Below, one piece after another: positions 21,337 to 32,311 of a stretch of 64,000 nt of DNA; position 1 is the first letter of the stretch, and every line of letters begins with the position of its first letter. Below the pieces are notes generated by a model that was not told the origin of the DNA, made no database searches, and was given only the letters and a program-made list of their open reading frames with translations. The DNA is taken from contig OZ245046.1 in assembly GCA_965224245.1 (NCBI GenBank), positions 4,096,001 through 4,160,000 on the forward strand. Reading direction: 5' to 3'. The translations under genes and the position numbers were made by a program. Source of the DNA: Candidatus Eiseniibacteriota bacterium. Lineage in GTDB: Bacteria > Eisenbacteria > RBG-16-71-46 > CAZAMP01.

Positions 21337-22086
21337 CCGCCGGTTTACGAACTCTATTGGTGGCAGGAGACTACCAGTGGCCGCCCAGGCAACCAGCTGG
21401 TTCCAGGTGGCGACTGCCCGTGTCTCAGATGCGGTCAAGAGTAGAGTCTGAGCGCAATTGGGGCGAGATGTAGCCAACGCGGGGAGCCAGATCATTTCAC
21501 CGGAAATTAGAATCAGCAGGCGAGAAGTGCGGCAACGAACGTTCGCGCTGTTCGAGAAATGTCGCAACCGGGGAGCCAGTTTTTGGTGTCGCAATGCCCC
21601 GCAATCGATTAGGTTGTGGGGTTTTAGTTTGCACTGGAGTGTCCGCCCGATCGTGCCGTAGGCTGGTTTCGTCGCAAGACGCGGACCTGAACCATGCGTA
21701 GCGGAATCTTCAAAACGATAGCAGTGGCACTCCTTGGCCTGGGTTTGATCTCCGCGCCAAGTCGCGCTCAGCGTCTTGTCGTGGAGCTGGCGGGTGGCCT
21801 GGTCAATGATCCAGTTCATAACCGAGTCATCGGTGTGGACCCGGTGAAGACGGGTTTATACGATGTGCCGCACAGACTCGACGATGGCTGGCCGGTCGCG
21901 GCTGCGGAGGATCTGGGGTTGGACCGGAGGCCCTTGGCGAAGCTCACCAAAATGCTCCAGAGCGGGGAAGAGTTTCCGAACGTGCAGGGTCTTTTGATTG
22001 TTGAGGACGGTTACCTCGTTTACGAGCAGTACTTCGAGGGGGAGGATCGTCGCTACGGTAAGGACGGAGTGCGACATCCGGTCAAG

Positions 22087-23335
22087 TGGAGTTGACCCGG
22101 TTTCGTGGACACCAAGCCCTTACAATGGGGCGAGGAGGTCCCGATGCCAAGATCCCGTCGATCGTACCCGCCTGAGTTCCGCCGCCAGCTGATCGAGCTG
22201 GTCCGTGCCGGACGAACCCCCGAGTCTCTCGCCCGTGAGTTCGAACCGTCGGCCGGGGCGATCCGGAACTGGGTCAGACAGGCCGATCTCGATGAAGGCC
22301 GCCGGGAGGACGGTGTGACCAGCGAGGAGCGAGAGGAACTCACCCGCCTGCGCCGTGAGAACCGGCAGCTTCGTGAAGAGCGGGAGATTCTAAAAAAAGC
22401 CGCGGCCTGGTTCGCTCGGGAGACCGAGTCAACGCCCCCGAAGCGTTCGCGTTCGTGAAGGCGAATCGGGCCGACCACGCGGTGCGCACGATGTGCCGAG
22501 TGCTGGGCGTCTCCACCAGCGGGTACTACGCGTGGCTTGATCGTCCCCTCAGCAACCGGGCACGGGAGGATGCGGTCTTGCTGGAGATGATCGAGGAGTT
22601 CCACACGCGATCGGATGGGACCTATGGCGTTCCCCGCATCCACCAGGATCTGATCGATGAGGACATCTTCGTGGGAAAGAAGCGGGTTGGGCGCTTGATG
22701 CGCCTCAAGCAGCTCCAGGGCGTTCATCGACGGGCTCGGAGACGGACCACGATCCGTGGCGATGAACCCCCGTCTCAGGATCTGGTGAACCGGCGCTTCG
22801 AAGCCGACGGACCCGATCAGCTCTGGGTGGCGGACATCACCTACGTGCCGACCTGGGTGGGCTTTCTGTTCCTGGCCGTGGTGCTCGACGCGTGGAGTCG
22901 GCGCGTGGTGGGCTGGGCCATGGCCTCGCACCTGCGATCGGAGCTGGTTCTCGAGGCCCTGGAGATGGCCCTTCATCGCCGCCGTCCCGAGAACGTGATC
23001 CATCACTCCGACCAGGGGTGTCAGTACACGTCCTACGCCTTCGGAAAGCGTTGTCGGCAAGCCGGCGTGCGCCCCTCGATGGGATCGGTGGGCGACTGCT
23101 ACGACAACGCTATGTGCGAGAGCTTCTTCGCCACACTGGAGTGCGAGCTCATCGAGCGCCGCACCTTCCGGAACCGGACCGATGCGAGGCGAGAGCTGTT
23201 CCAGTTCATCGAGGGGTGGTACAACCCTCATCGTCGTCACTCCGCCTTGGGGTATCGTTCACCCATGGCGTTCGAGGCGGCTCAGCTCGAGCCGATCCTC
23301 ACATGAAACCTGTCCACCGAAGCGGGGCAACTCCA
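22087..23335 (+). mobile_element. IS3-family element with 4-bp TSD CAAG
   Basis: Ends TGGAGTTGACCCGGTTTCGTGGACA / TGTCCACCGAAGCGGGGCAACTCCA; TSD at 22083-22086 and 23336-23339. Confidence 0.94.
22144..23306 (+). CDS. IS3 transposase OrfAB (programmed -1 frameshift)
   Basis: OrfA RRSYPPEFR..EREILKKAAAWF; slippery A7G at 22392-22399; OrfB PDQLWVADITY, HHSDQGCQY, CYDNAMCE. Confidence 0.93.
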
Positions 23336-23540
23336 CAAGATGGTGTTCGATCGTGACACACTCCACGATCTTCGCTCGGTCACCAAGAGCGTTACTTCGG
23401 CGCTCGTAGGCATCGCATTCGCTGATGACGGCTTACAATCCCTCGATACACCGATCTGCGATGTCTTGCCTCCCCGAGCTGATCTGTGCACCGAACGAGA
23501 TAAGACCATCACGCTTCGCCACGCGTTGACCATGACGCCA

Positions 23541-24141
23541 ATCTTGATCAGCCGCAACACGTGCCGATCCACGATGCGACGCGACACCGACTTCATCAGC
23601 TCGGCGTGCGGGATCGTATCGAAGTACCCGGACAGGTCCGCGTCGACCACCTCCCAGTGCCGCGACGTCAACAGCGTGTGGACGTGGCGAACCGCGTCCA
23701 GCGCGCTCTTCTCCGGACGGTAGGCGTACTGCTCGGGTGGGAGGTCGGCCTCGAAGATCGGTGCCAGCACCAGCGTCGCGGCCGTCATCACCACCCGGTC
23801 TCGGATCGTCGGGATCCCGAGCGGGCGCGTTCGCCCCGGCTGGCCCGGCTTGGGGATGTGGACCCGCCGGACCGCCTCGGACGGTAACGCTTCGTTCGAA
23901 GCTCCTCCGTCAGTTCGTCCAACCACCGATCGCGACCGAACGTCTCGATGTCCTCGAACGACTGCCCGTCGACGCCTTCCGCTCCACCGTTGTGACGGCA
24001 GAGCCGATACGCGTACGCGAGCACGTCCGAGCGATACACCTTGTCGTACAGCGTGTAGAACCGGTAGTCGGGCGATCCCTTCGCTTTGGCATGCAACGTC
24101 GCCTGTAGCTTCCCAACCGTTTCCGGAGGTCTCAGGCTCAC
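23541..24141 (-). pseudogene. ltrA: Group II intron reverse transcriptase/maturase, frameshifted and truncated
   Basis: LYDKVYR, GVDG, RRVHIPK, RPLGIPTIRDRV, YAYRP and DADLSGYFDTIPH motifs; frameshift near 23879; no YADD. Confidence 0.92.
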
Positions 24142-24644
24142 GGCCACTCTCCTGGCTGTCGCTACGTCCTACGTTGACCTCGACCCAAGGCCCCTTCGCT
24201 CCACCGGCATTACCCGGCTTCATCACTACTACGGGCCTCTCCGCCACCCCATACGGCCCGGCCTGTCCCTCGCGGGAGTCCGGTTGAGGTCACGCCCTCA
24301 CCGATGGGGCTTCCCGTGTTGCGATCGACGTCCCTCTCGCATACATGCCGACGCCACTACCCCGGCGGGACCGAGCGGGTGCATCTATCGCTTCTTCCCT
24401 GCTCGACGGCGGCCTTCCCTGAAAAACTGACAGGTCGGCTCCCGCATCTCGGTCTTTCGAGGCCTGCTCAGCGTTCACTCACGTTTCGGCCTGCATGCTG
24501 CGCTGAGTCACCCGAAGTGACTCGTTCCATCGAGGCTTCGACGGACTCGTTACCTCCTCCGCCGCTCGACTGCTTCCGGCTGGAGCGATCCGTTGCCGGG
24601 CGGGGATTGCACCCGCTGGACGTCGCCGCCTTTTCACGGCGCAC
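23541..24644 (-). mobile_element. Group II intron, 5' half only
   Basis: 5' GTGCG at 24644, about 500 nt of intron RNA, then the RT ORF; 3' domains V/VI absent. Confidence 0.85.
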
Positions 24645-24729
24645 AGTTTCTCGACCACACGGGGTCCATAGGACTCGGGCGCAATCTGTCCCAGAAGTTC
24701 TGACGACGTACACTCCGACCCGGCACCAC

Positions 24730-24834
24730 CTGGCTCGGTCCCATGCGCTCCTGGCTCGGTCCCATGCGCTCCTGGCTCGGTCCCATGCGCTCCTGGCTCG
24801 GTCCCATGCGCTCCTGGCTCGGTCCCATGCGCTC
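24730..24834. repeat. Perfect 21-bp tandem repeat x5
   Basis: CTGGCTCGGTCCCATGCGCTC repeated five times with no spacers. Confidence 0.95.
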
Positions 24835-25030
24835 CGTCCTTCCCGTGCCGTCGAGCCTCCTCGAACTCTCGGTGCAGGGCGATGAGCTGCTACTATTCAT
24901 GTGACTGCAATATGGAGTCGCTCACTACCGCCTCCTAGCCAGTGAAGTCGTTGCCCAGAATACCTGGAGGTAAGCAATCACAACGTCATGGGGACTTGGA
25001 CCGGGCCTCGCTGTTGCACTGACCGCCGTC

Positions 25031-27124
25031 GTGCCGGGGATGCGAACGTCAATCGCCCAGGAGTGTGGCGAGTTGGAGCCACTGGCCTCGGTCACGATCG
25101 GATCTCCGGTGATCGGGATAGGAAGGACGGACGACCTCGACGTCATCATCGTGGGCGTCGACGATCCATCCGTGCCCAGGCTCCAATCAAGAGAGCCACT
25201 TGCGCTTGACTACATCGATTCGGAGACGACAGGTTGGGGACCGATCTTCCTCAGACTCCTGCCATGGAACACCGGTGGGCTGGCGTACACCGTGCAAGAC
25301 GACGAGCTAGTCAGTTACCGGGTCGGGGCGGACGGATTGCTCAATGGGGTCTACGATGGGAGTAATCACCTCTGTCCTGATGATGAACTTCTGGCTGAAC
25401 CTGCGTTCCACTCGCCCGAACATGGCTCCGCCGCCTTCCGCTCGCTCTATCCGGAGGGGCTCGTGTACGTGGGAGGTGGCCGCGGGTGCGGGATCCATGC
25501 TCCGATCGCGGCCTTCGACCGTTTCGCCCTCTCCAACCTCCGATGGTGGTATGCCCCCAGCGAGCCGCTGGAAGCCATCTATGAGCTGCTCGTCGATCCG
25601 GTACGTGACGTTCTCTTCGCGTCTATCGAGCACCGCGACTATTGGACCTCGCTTGTGGCAATCAACGTCCTCGACGGAAGCGAGCTCTGGCGGGTGGAGG
25701 GAGATCGCATTCGAGGACTTGGTCGTCGTGGTGACCGTCTGTACGCGGTCACCCAGAGCAACGGAATCGTCGAGGCGCGCAGCGCGCTGGACGGCTCTCT
25801 GATCTGGTCGGCAGTGCCCGCATCGGGATGGCCGGTGGTGACCGATCTGATCGTGCCGCTCGAGCCGCCCTACCACGACGCGATCATCACGCGCGACATC
25901 CTGGGTGGCGTGCATCTGTTCCAGGATCTGGGCTCATCCGGAACGCTGGTCTGGACGGCCGAGGATCCTGACACGCTGGCCTCGCGGGCCCATCTTGCCT
26001 TCGATTCCGGATCTGGCACGGTCTTCTCCCACAATAGCTCGGGAGTGATACACGAGATCGACGCCGCGACGGGATCCTTCCGAACATCGTATCCGGCCGA
26101 TAGTGTGTCGAGCCCCCTCACGGCGATGCTGCTGACGTGGCCCTTCGATGACGACGGAAACATGGGAATGTACGCCGCCAACGAACAAGGAACCCTCTCT
26201 CGCCTCTGCGTCAGTCAAGGTGACGTGGTTCGCAACCGGGAGTTCGGACCGATCGAGCGGATCGGTACCGGATTCGGATACCCTTCATTCGAGGATACCG
26301 ATACCGGCAACGCGACGATCCTGCTCCTGACCCTCGATGATCTCGATGAAACTGTGGGGCTCTCCCGTTACGAGGTGGTGGCCACTCGAGATGTCTGGTC
26401 GGATCCGGGTCCGTGCCACACGGGTCGATTGCCGATGCCGTGCTTCCAGGACATGGAGTTCATTCTGATGGCCTGGGAACCCGGCGTGCAGATTGAGGGC
26501 GACATCAGAGACGCGGGGAATCCAGGCAAGGTTTACCACGTTGATGTCACCGATCGCCTGACAGTCGTTCCAAGCTACGCGGTATCACAGTTCATCGTCG
26601 GCACCGAACCGGCGCTCCTCAGCTTTGATCTCGCCGGCCTCGGGATTCAGATCCCCCCGGGCGGTCGTGTAGGGGTGATGGGGCGCGGAAGCGTGGCGAC
26701 GGTGGGCCGCTTCTCCGTGGCAACCATGACTCAGGGAGCTGAGCGCGACAGCATCTATCAGTATCCCCAGGAGCCATCATTCTGGACGTCCGTGCACGCT
26801 GCGGTACGGGTCCTTGGTCGGAACGAACTGCTGGCGGTGGGGGAGACGCCCCGGCCATCCGTGGCACGGTTGACCGCCAGCCCAAATCCGTTCCACGGGA
26901 CGACGACAATCAACGTCCATGCGGGGACCGAGGTGAGTCTGTCGGTCACGGTCTTTGACGTGGCTGGTCGTCGGGTGGAAGAGCTGTTCCAGGGGAGAAC
27001 TACCGGCGCGGAGCTGCAGGTGCGCTGGTCCCCGGAGCAGTTACTCCCCGGCGTGTACTTCGTCCGCACGAAGATCGGGGCGCAGGTGGTCACCAGCAAG
27101 GTGACACTCACCGAACTCCGATAG
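25031..27124 (+). CDS. Secreted PQQ-like beta-propeller protein with Ig CTD
   Basis: DGSELW / DGSLIW repeats; [24 protein letters not shown]; the true start is probably further upstream. Confidence 0.8.
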   Translation: MPGMRTSIAQECGELEPLASVTIGSPVIGIGRTDDLDVIIVGVDDPSVPRLQSREPLALDYIDSETTGWGPIFLRLLPWNTGGLAYTVQDDELVSYRVGADGLLNGVYDGSNHLCPDDELLAEPAFHSPEHGSAAFRSLYPEGLVYVGGGRGCGIHAPIAAFDRFALSNLRWWYAPSEPLEAIYELLVDPVRDVLFASIEHRDYWTSLVAINVLDGSELWRVEGDRIRGLGRRGDRLYAVTQSNGIVEARSALDGSLIWSAVPASGWPVVTDLIVPLEPPYHDAIITRDILGGVHLFQDLGSSGTLVWTAEDPDTLASRAHLAFDSGSGTVFSHNSSGVIHEIDAATGSFRTSYPADSVSSPLTAMLLTWPFDDDGNMGMYAANEQGTLSRLCVSQGDVVRNREFGPIERIGTGFGYPSFEDTDTGNATILLLTLDDLDETVGLSRYEVVATRDVWSDPGPCHTGRLPMPCFQDMEFILMAWEPGVQIEGDIRDAGNPGKVYHVDVTDRLTVVPSYAVSQFIVGTEPALLSFDLAGLGIQIPPGGRVGVMGRGSVATVGRFSVATMTQGAERDSIYQYPQEPSFWTSVHAAVRVLGRNELLAVGETPRPSVARLTASPNPFHGTTTINVHAGTEVSLSVTVFDVAGRRVEELFQGRTTGAELQVRWSPEQLLPGVYFVRTKIGAQVVTSKVTLTELR

Positions 27125-27329
27125 CTGTCTTGAGTCTCGAGTGTCCCATCAAGACCTGGATCGTTCGCAGGTGAACGCCGGCCTCGAGGAGGTGGGTCCC
27201 GAAGCAGTGACGTAGCGTGTGGATCCCGCATCCCCGCTGGAGCTTGGCTCGTGCCAGAGCCTTCTTGTACGCGTGCTGTGCGGCGTAGCGGCGCGCGGGT
27301 ATGTTGTGTACTCGCGCGCCGCGTGTTGA

Positions 27330-30300
27330 TCACGGAAGCCGAATGAGTTTCTCGGAGAGCACGCCCGCGTCGGTCGCAACGCGAGCGAAGTAGATGCCCG
27401 CCGGTGCCGGCAGTCCGTTCGTGACGCCGTCCCATGCCACGGTGTGCGTTCCCGCGCCCCGGGCGGACTCGTCGACGAGCGCGATCTCGCGGCCGGCGAC
27501 GTCCACGATGCTCACCCGGGCAGCGCCGGCGGCAGCGAGCGTGAATGAGATACTGGCGGTGGCGCGCATCGGGTTCGGTCGGATGGCGAGCTGCGGGCGC
27601 GACAGCACCGCTGCGCCGGCGGCGGAGAGCGCTGCGTCGCCGGTCTTGAACGCCACCATCGAAGACACTGCCGGTGCAAGGGCCATCCATCGCGTCCGCG
27701 GCTGAAAAACGTTGTCGTAGCTCAGACGAAGGCGCCATTGATAGGGCGTCTCACCGGTGAGACCGAGGACGTCGACGGCGGTAGGCATCACGCTGCCCGT
27801 CGCGCCGGGGGTGCCCGTGTCCACGAAGGGCTCCTCGTTGATCGGTGCCGTGTCGATGTCGCCGCCATCGGCGACCATCTGCCACTCGACCGATGCCATC
27901 GTGCGACCCATGGCCGAGCGCGCGTCGATGTGAAGCTGCATGCGATCGCCGTCGGGCGTGCGCGCGCCCAGCGGCAGCGGCGTGCCGTCGAAGCGTGTCT
28001 GACGCGGACGCATGCTGAGGCCACCTTCATTGCGGTAGTAGCTGCCGCCGAGGTAGAGGAACAGGCGCCCGGCATCGGTGCTCGTGCCGTCGTACTGTGG
28101 TGCGCCACTGAGCACATCCGAGAATCCGTCGCCGTTGAGATCGCCCACGGTGCAGACCGCGGTGCCCATCCGCGAACCGTCCTGCTCGGTGACCGCCTCG
28201 AACACGGCGGGGGTCGTCGGGCCCGACGGTGAACCCAGGTAGATGCGCGCCATGCCTTGCGACGGGAAGCTGCCGCTGTACTCGTTTGCACCGGCGATGA
28301 TGTCGCTGTATCCGTCTCCGTTGACGTCGCCCGCGGTATCGAGGGAGTAACCGAGGTTCTCGTTGTGCGACTCGCCCTCGATCTGCACGTCGGCGGCACT
28401 ACTGATGCCGGTGGGCGATCCGAAGTGGATCCAGATACGGCCGACCAGCACACCGGCGTCGCCGTTCATGTTGTCGGCGGCATAGATGAAGTCGTCGTAG
28501 CCGTCGCCGTTCACGTCACCCGCGGGCGCGCTGACGCTCATGCCGGTGCCCAGCTGATTCGACGTGAAGATGTGGTCGGGCGTGCTCGACGGCCCGCCGG
28601 CCGAGCCGTAGAAGACGAAGATGCCCCCCTCGGTCGAGTGCGAGTCGGAGTACTTCACGGCTCCCACGGCGATGTCCGCGAAGCCATCGCCGTTGAGATC
28701 GCCGACGCCCTGTACGTCGCCGAACCACGCGTCCTCGATGTTGGATTCGTAGCTCCAGTCCGGCGTCGCCGACGGCCCGGTGGGCGAACCGTAGTACAGA
28801 TAGGCGGCGCCCTCCTGAGTCTGACCGTTCGTGTACCACATGGCACCGACGAGCACGTCGGCATAGCCGTCGCAGTTCACGTCGCCCGCGCCGCTCACGC
28901 TTGCGCCGAACGCACTGGCGCTCTGTGTGCCCACGACCTGCCACGCCGTGGCCGGCGAGATGCCGGTGGGCGAGCCGTAGTGCACGGCAGCGCGGCCAAC
29001 GTCGGCGAGTCCGCCGTCGTAGTAGGGTGCGCCGAAGATGATGTCCTCGTAGCCGTCGCCGTTCACGTCGCCGGCGCCGTCGACGTCCGTTCCGACGAGC
29101 TCGGTGTCCTGGTTGCCGAGGATGGCCGTGGTGAACACGGGAGATCCGGATTCGTCGCCGTGGAAGACGCGCACGATGCCGCGGTATGGGATCCCCACCG
29201 AGTACACGTTCGTTCCCGCGACGAAGTCGCCGAGTCCGTCGCCGTTCACGTCACCGGCGTAGTTGAGTCGACTGCCGACGTTCTCGTTCTCGGCCGAGCC
29301 GTCGATGGTCCACTTCGGCGGGTACGGCACCGGCGCGTCGTGCTGGCCGTAGAAGGCGAACGCGAGGCCCTCGTCGTTCTCGCCGTTGGACTGATCCGGC
29401 GCGCTCACGATGATGTCGCCGAGACCGTCACCGTTGACGTCGCCGAGCGCCGAGACCGCGTTGCCCATGTGGGCGTCCGTTTCGCTTCCGGAGTAGAACC
29501 ATCGCAGAATGGTGTCGGGACCCGTTGGGCCACCGTAGTACATGTAGGCGCGTCCGGCGCCGGCGAGGCCGGTGTTGTAGTTGCGGGCACCGATGAGTAT
29601 CTCGGCATAGCCGTCGCCGTTGACATCTCCGGCCGTTCGGACCGCGTGCCCGAACAGCGCGTCGGCGCGTCCTCCCTCTTGCACCCACGCCGCCGCGGAT
29701 GAGATGCCGGACGCGGAGCCGAGATAGACCCACGCCGCGCCCTCGCCACTCTGTCCGTTGGAGTAGTTGCGACCACCGACGATGACGTCGCAGTAGCCGT
29801 CGCCGTTCACGTCGCCCGCGGTGCCGACCGCGCGCCCGAAGGCGGAAGCGCTCGGGCCGGACAGCGTCCGGTCGGGTGTGGCGGATGGGCCGGATGGCGA
29901 GCCGTGGAAGATGAATGCCGCGCCGCCGGAGCCCACGCCGGGGCCGCCGACGATGACGTCACCGAAGCCGTCACCGTTGACGTCGCCGGCACCGTACACG
30001 GCATGACCGACAGCGTCGTGGGCGACGTCGGTCTCGTAGGTCCAGTTCGGAGTGGGACTCAGTCCACCGAACGAGCCGAAGTAGACGAACGCCTTGCCTT
30101 CCTTCGTTTGACCGTTGGTGAGCTCGTAGGCACCGACGATCACGTCGTCGTACCCGTCGCCGTTTACGTCGCCGGCCCAGCCGACGGACTCGCCGAAGGA
30201 TGAGACCTCCACGTCGCTCTCGACCTGCCAGCTCGGCGTCGCCGCGGGTCCCGACGGGCCGCCGTGATAGACGAAGGCCGCGCCTTCGCCGACCTGGTCG

Positions 30301-30683
30301 TTCGTCCAGCCCCAGCAGCCGACGATGACGTCGTCATAGCCGTCGCCGTTCACGTCACCGGCGGTCGAGCCGCTGATGCCAAACTGGGAGCCGGGGGATC
30401 CGTCGGCCACCTGCCAGTAGACATCGGTGTCGAGCCCGGTCGGTCCCCCGAGAAAGACGTACGCGGTGCCGTCACCGACCCAGGGTGTGGTGACGAGGGC
30501 GTCGCTATAGCCATCCCCGTTCACGTCGCCGGCGGCGCACACGTCGTGGCCGAAGAGCTCGTCGGCGAGGTTGATTTCGCCGATCCAGTCGGGGGTGGAC
30601 GGGAGGCCGGCCACCGCGGGCGTTGCCATGGAGGCGACCAAGAAACGCAACATCAACGTGCTATGTGGCCTGAGTGGGCTCAC
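27330..30683 (-). CDS. FG-GAP (integrin-alpha-like) repeat protein with Ig CTD
   Basis: About 14 AGDVNGDGYxDxxVGA repeats (two propellers); GGAGG 6 nt before GTG at 30683; CTD RPNP..AGIYFAR. Confidence 0.93.
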   Translation of the reverse strand: MSPLRPHSTLMLRFLVASMATPAVAGLPSTPDWIGEINLADELFGHDVCAAGDVNGDGYSDALVTTPWVGDGTAYVFLGGPTGLDTDVYWQVADGSPGSQFGISGSTAGDVNGDGYDDVIVGCWGWTNDQVGEGAAFVYHGGPSGPAATPSWQVESDVEVSSFGESVGWAGDVNGDGYDDVIVGAYELTNGQTKEGKAFVYFGSFGGLSPTPNWTYETDVAHDAVGHAVYGAGDVNGDGFGDVIVGGPGVGSGGAAFIFHGSPSGPSATPDRTLSGPSASAFGRAVGTAGDVNGDGYCDVIVGGRNYSNGQSGEGAAWVYLGSASGISSAAAWVQEGGRADALFGHAVRTAGDVNGDGYAEILIGARNYNTGLAGAGRAYMYYGGPTGPDTILRWFYSGSETDAHMGNAVSALGDVNGDGLGDIIVSAPDQSNGENDEGLAFAFYGQHDAPVPYPPKWTIDGSAENENVGSRLNYAGDVNGDGLGDFVAGTNVYSVGIPYRGIVRVFHGDESGSPVFTTAILGNQDTELVGTDVDGAGDVNGDGYEDIIFGAPYYDGGLADVGRAAVHYGSPTGISPATAWQVVGTQSASAFGASVSGAGDVNCDGYADVLVGAMWYTNGQTQEGAAYLYYGSPTGPSATPDWSYESNIEDAWFGDVQGVGDLNGDGFADIAVGAVKYSDSHSTEGGIFVFYGSAGGPSSTPDHIFTSNQLGTGMSVSAPAGDVNGDGYDDFIYAADNMNGDAGVLVGRIWIHFGSPTGISSAADVQIEGESHNENLGYSLDTAGDVNGDGYSDIIAGANEYSGSFPSQGMARIYLGSPSGPTTPAVFEAVTEQDGSRMGTAVCTVGDLNGDGFSDVLSGAPQYDGTSTDAGRLFLYLGGSYYRNEGGLSMRPRQTRFDGTPLPLGARTPDGDRMQLHIDARSAMGRTMASVEWQMVADGGDIDTAPINEEPFVDTGTPGATGSVMPTAVDVLGLTGETPYQWRLRLSYDNVFQPRTRWMALAPAVSSMVAFKTGDAALSAAGAAVLSRPQLAIRPNPMRATASISFTLAAAGAARVSIVDVAGREIALVDESARGAGTHTVAWDGVTNGLPAPAGIYFARVATDAGVLSEKLIRLP

Positions 30684-31099
30684 GGTGATCCTCCGAGTCA
30701 GAGTGGCCAAGTAAGTCGCGTCTGACGGAGAAACACCCTAAGAGGTGAGAACCGCACGGCTCAGAGTCCCAAGACTCGATCGAACCGAAACGGCGTGACT
30801 TGCGGAGGGTCGACGAAGCGTCCTGCCTGGGCTCCCGGTCGAGACGCAAAACGTAACCGGAGATTCTGAACGCCGGTTAGATTGACGGGCGTGGGTGGCC
30901 CCGGAAGCGACGCCAGCGGAACCGATTGCACGAGTTCGAGAAGCGTCCTGACCGAACCCCGCGTAGGACGCAAAACCGTAACCGGAGAGAAGACGGAAGC
31001 GTCCCGAGTGGGGAGCCGGTTCCGAACTCGCGCGATGCCCTGCGACCGGCTGAGTTCAGGGCGCTCTCGTCTTCGTGCATTCAGGGGACGACCAGCAAG

Positions 31100-31645
31100 T
31101 CACTCCCCGTTCGATACGCCCAGCTGCGCCATGAGATCCATCGCGTTCGCAATCCCACGGTGCTCGACGATTCTGCCGTCGACGACTCGGTCGAGATGTA
31201 TGACCGCCAGGCTGATCTTCCGGTGAGTCGGAGCGACCCCCATCAACTCGCCTTCATGAGTGCCCAGATACCTCCCGACCGTGACCACATGGTCGCCATC
31301 GACGAGAACCTGGTCGAAGACGTGACGGCCATCCGGAAAGGCCGAGAGAAACTGCGAGCCGAAGTCCAGGAAACCCTCCCAGTCCATGGACATGTTGCCC
31401 ATGACGTGAGCGGCGAAGTCGGCGCTGATCGAGTGGCCGAACTCCGGAAGCGTGCCCCGGTCGAACTCGCTGTACATCCGAAGAACGAGTTCCTTGTTTC
31501 CGCCCTCGGATGACACGTCCTGGCTCTTGCTCTCGGAGGACAGCGGCCCCACCAGGAGACCACCCACGACCAGCAGGGCCACCGCGATCTGGGTGGTCCG
31601 GAATCCCCTCTGCAACCAACGTCGTTCCGTAATCGCGGATCGCAT
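31100..31645 (-). CDS. SnoaL-like ester cyclase family protein
   Basis: AFPD, DGDHVV, GTHEGELMGVAPT and DGRIVEH motifs; N-terminal hydrophobic segment. Confidence 0.88.
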   Translation of the reverse strand: MRSAITERRWLQRGFRTTQIAVALLVVGGLLVGPLSSESKSQDVSSEGGNKELVLRMYSEFDRGTLPEFGHSISADFAAHVMGNMSMDWEGFLDFGSQFLSAFPDGRHVFDQVLVDGDHVVTVGRYLGTHEGELMGVAPTHRKISLAVIHLDRVVDGRIVEHRGIANAMDLMAQLGVSNGE

Positions 31646-31712
31646 GATCACTCTCCTTTGCCAGCGAGGTCTTGCGCCGGGTCGGTTCATGGCCGACCCG
31701 AGCGGGTTCTCG

Positions 31713-32309
31713 TCACGACGGCTCCAGTGCAACGCGAACGAGTGCACGGACCGCCCAGCTCTTCACCTTTCTCGCGGTGTCCTCGTCCAGGGGAATCACG
31801 TCACGAAAGACGATCATCGCTTCCGGCCCGATGATCAGCGCCAGGGCCGCCCGGAGCGTCTCGTACTCATCGTCTCGAAGACGGTGACGCGCCGTGGCCA
31901 GGGCGGCGTCGATCAACGGCAGCCGCCGGTTCTGTCTGCCGGGGATCGTCTCGTCCGTCATGTCGCGTCCAATGGAGTTCGCCAGCAGAATCCTCAGCTG
32001 GGCCTCGTTCTGGTACACGGTCTCGTGAACGAACGCCTCGGCCCGATCGATGCGATCCTCCGGATCGTCTGACGCATCCGCGTCGAAGATCGCCTCGGGA
32101 TCGCCGACCGCCACGTCGATGGGCACTTCCGCCAGCAGCGCCTCGATGTTCCGGAAGTACCGATACACCGTGGCGCGGGAGACGAGCGCTTCCTCGGCCA
32201 CCTCCTCCATGCTCGGCCTTCGGCCTTGCTTCATCAGTCGGTCGGCCGCGAGAAGGATGTCCTTGCGCGTGCGCAGCTCCTGATTGCTTCGTCTCTGCCC
32301 ACGGTTCAT
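31713..32309 (-). CDS. TetR/AcrR family regulator
   Basis: SMEEVAEEALVSRATVYRYF HTH. Confidence 0.92.
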   Translation of the reverse strand: MNRGQRRSNQELRTRKDILLAADRLMKQGRRPSMEEVAEEALVSRATVYRYFRNIEALLAEVPIDVAVGDPEAIFDADASDDPEDRIDRAEAFVHETVYQNEAQLRILLANSIGRDMTDETIPGRQNRRLPLIDAALATARHRLRDDEYETLRAALALIIGPEAMIVFRDVIPLDEDTARKVKSWAVRALVRVALEPS

Positions 32310-32311
32310 GG

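Larger units (their letters stand above)
21694..23540 (+). pseudogene. Serine hydrolase (beta-lactamase class C-like), split by IS3 and truncated
   Basis: GLLIVEDGYLVYEQYF..HPVK|MVFDRDTLHDLRSVTKS (SxxK)..ITLRHALTMT; in frame after IS removal; 3' part missing. Confidence 0.88.

Noticed and set aside
23541-24141. Retron, DGR or defence RT
   Set aside because: The motifs and the upstream GTGCG-initiated RNA indicate a group II intron; the ORF is broken, and no TR/VR pair or msr-msd was seen.
24730-24834. CRISPR array
   Set aside because: The units are contiguous with no spacers, and no cas genes are present.
30815-30990. c-di-GMP-I riboswitch
   Set aside because: GACGCAAA matches only part of the motif; the GGCAAAC/GAAA stem is missing and the orientation is opposite to the adjacent FG-GAP gene.
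31008-31017. Fifth tRNA-Asn-like end (GTGGGGAGCC)
   Set aside because: It lacks the terminal A and any T-arm similarity, so a chance match is likely.
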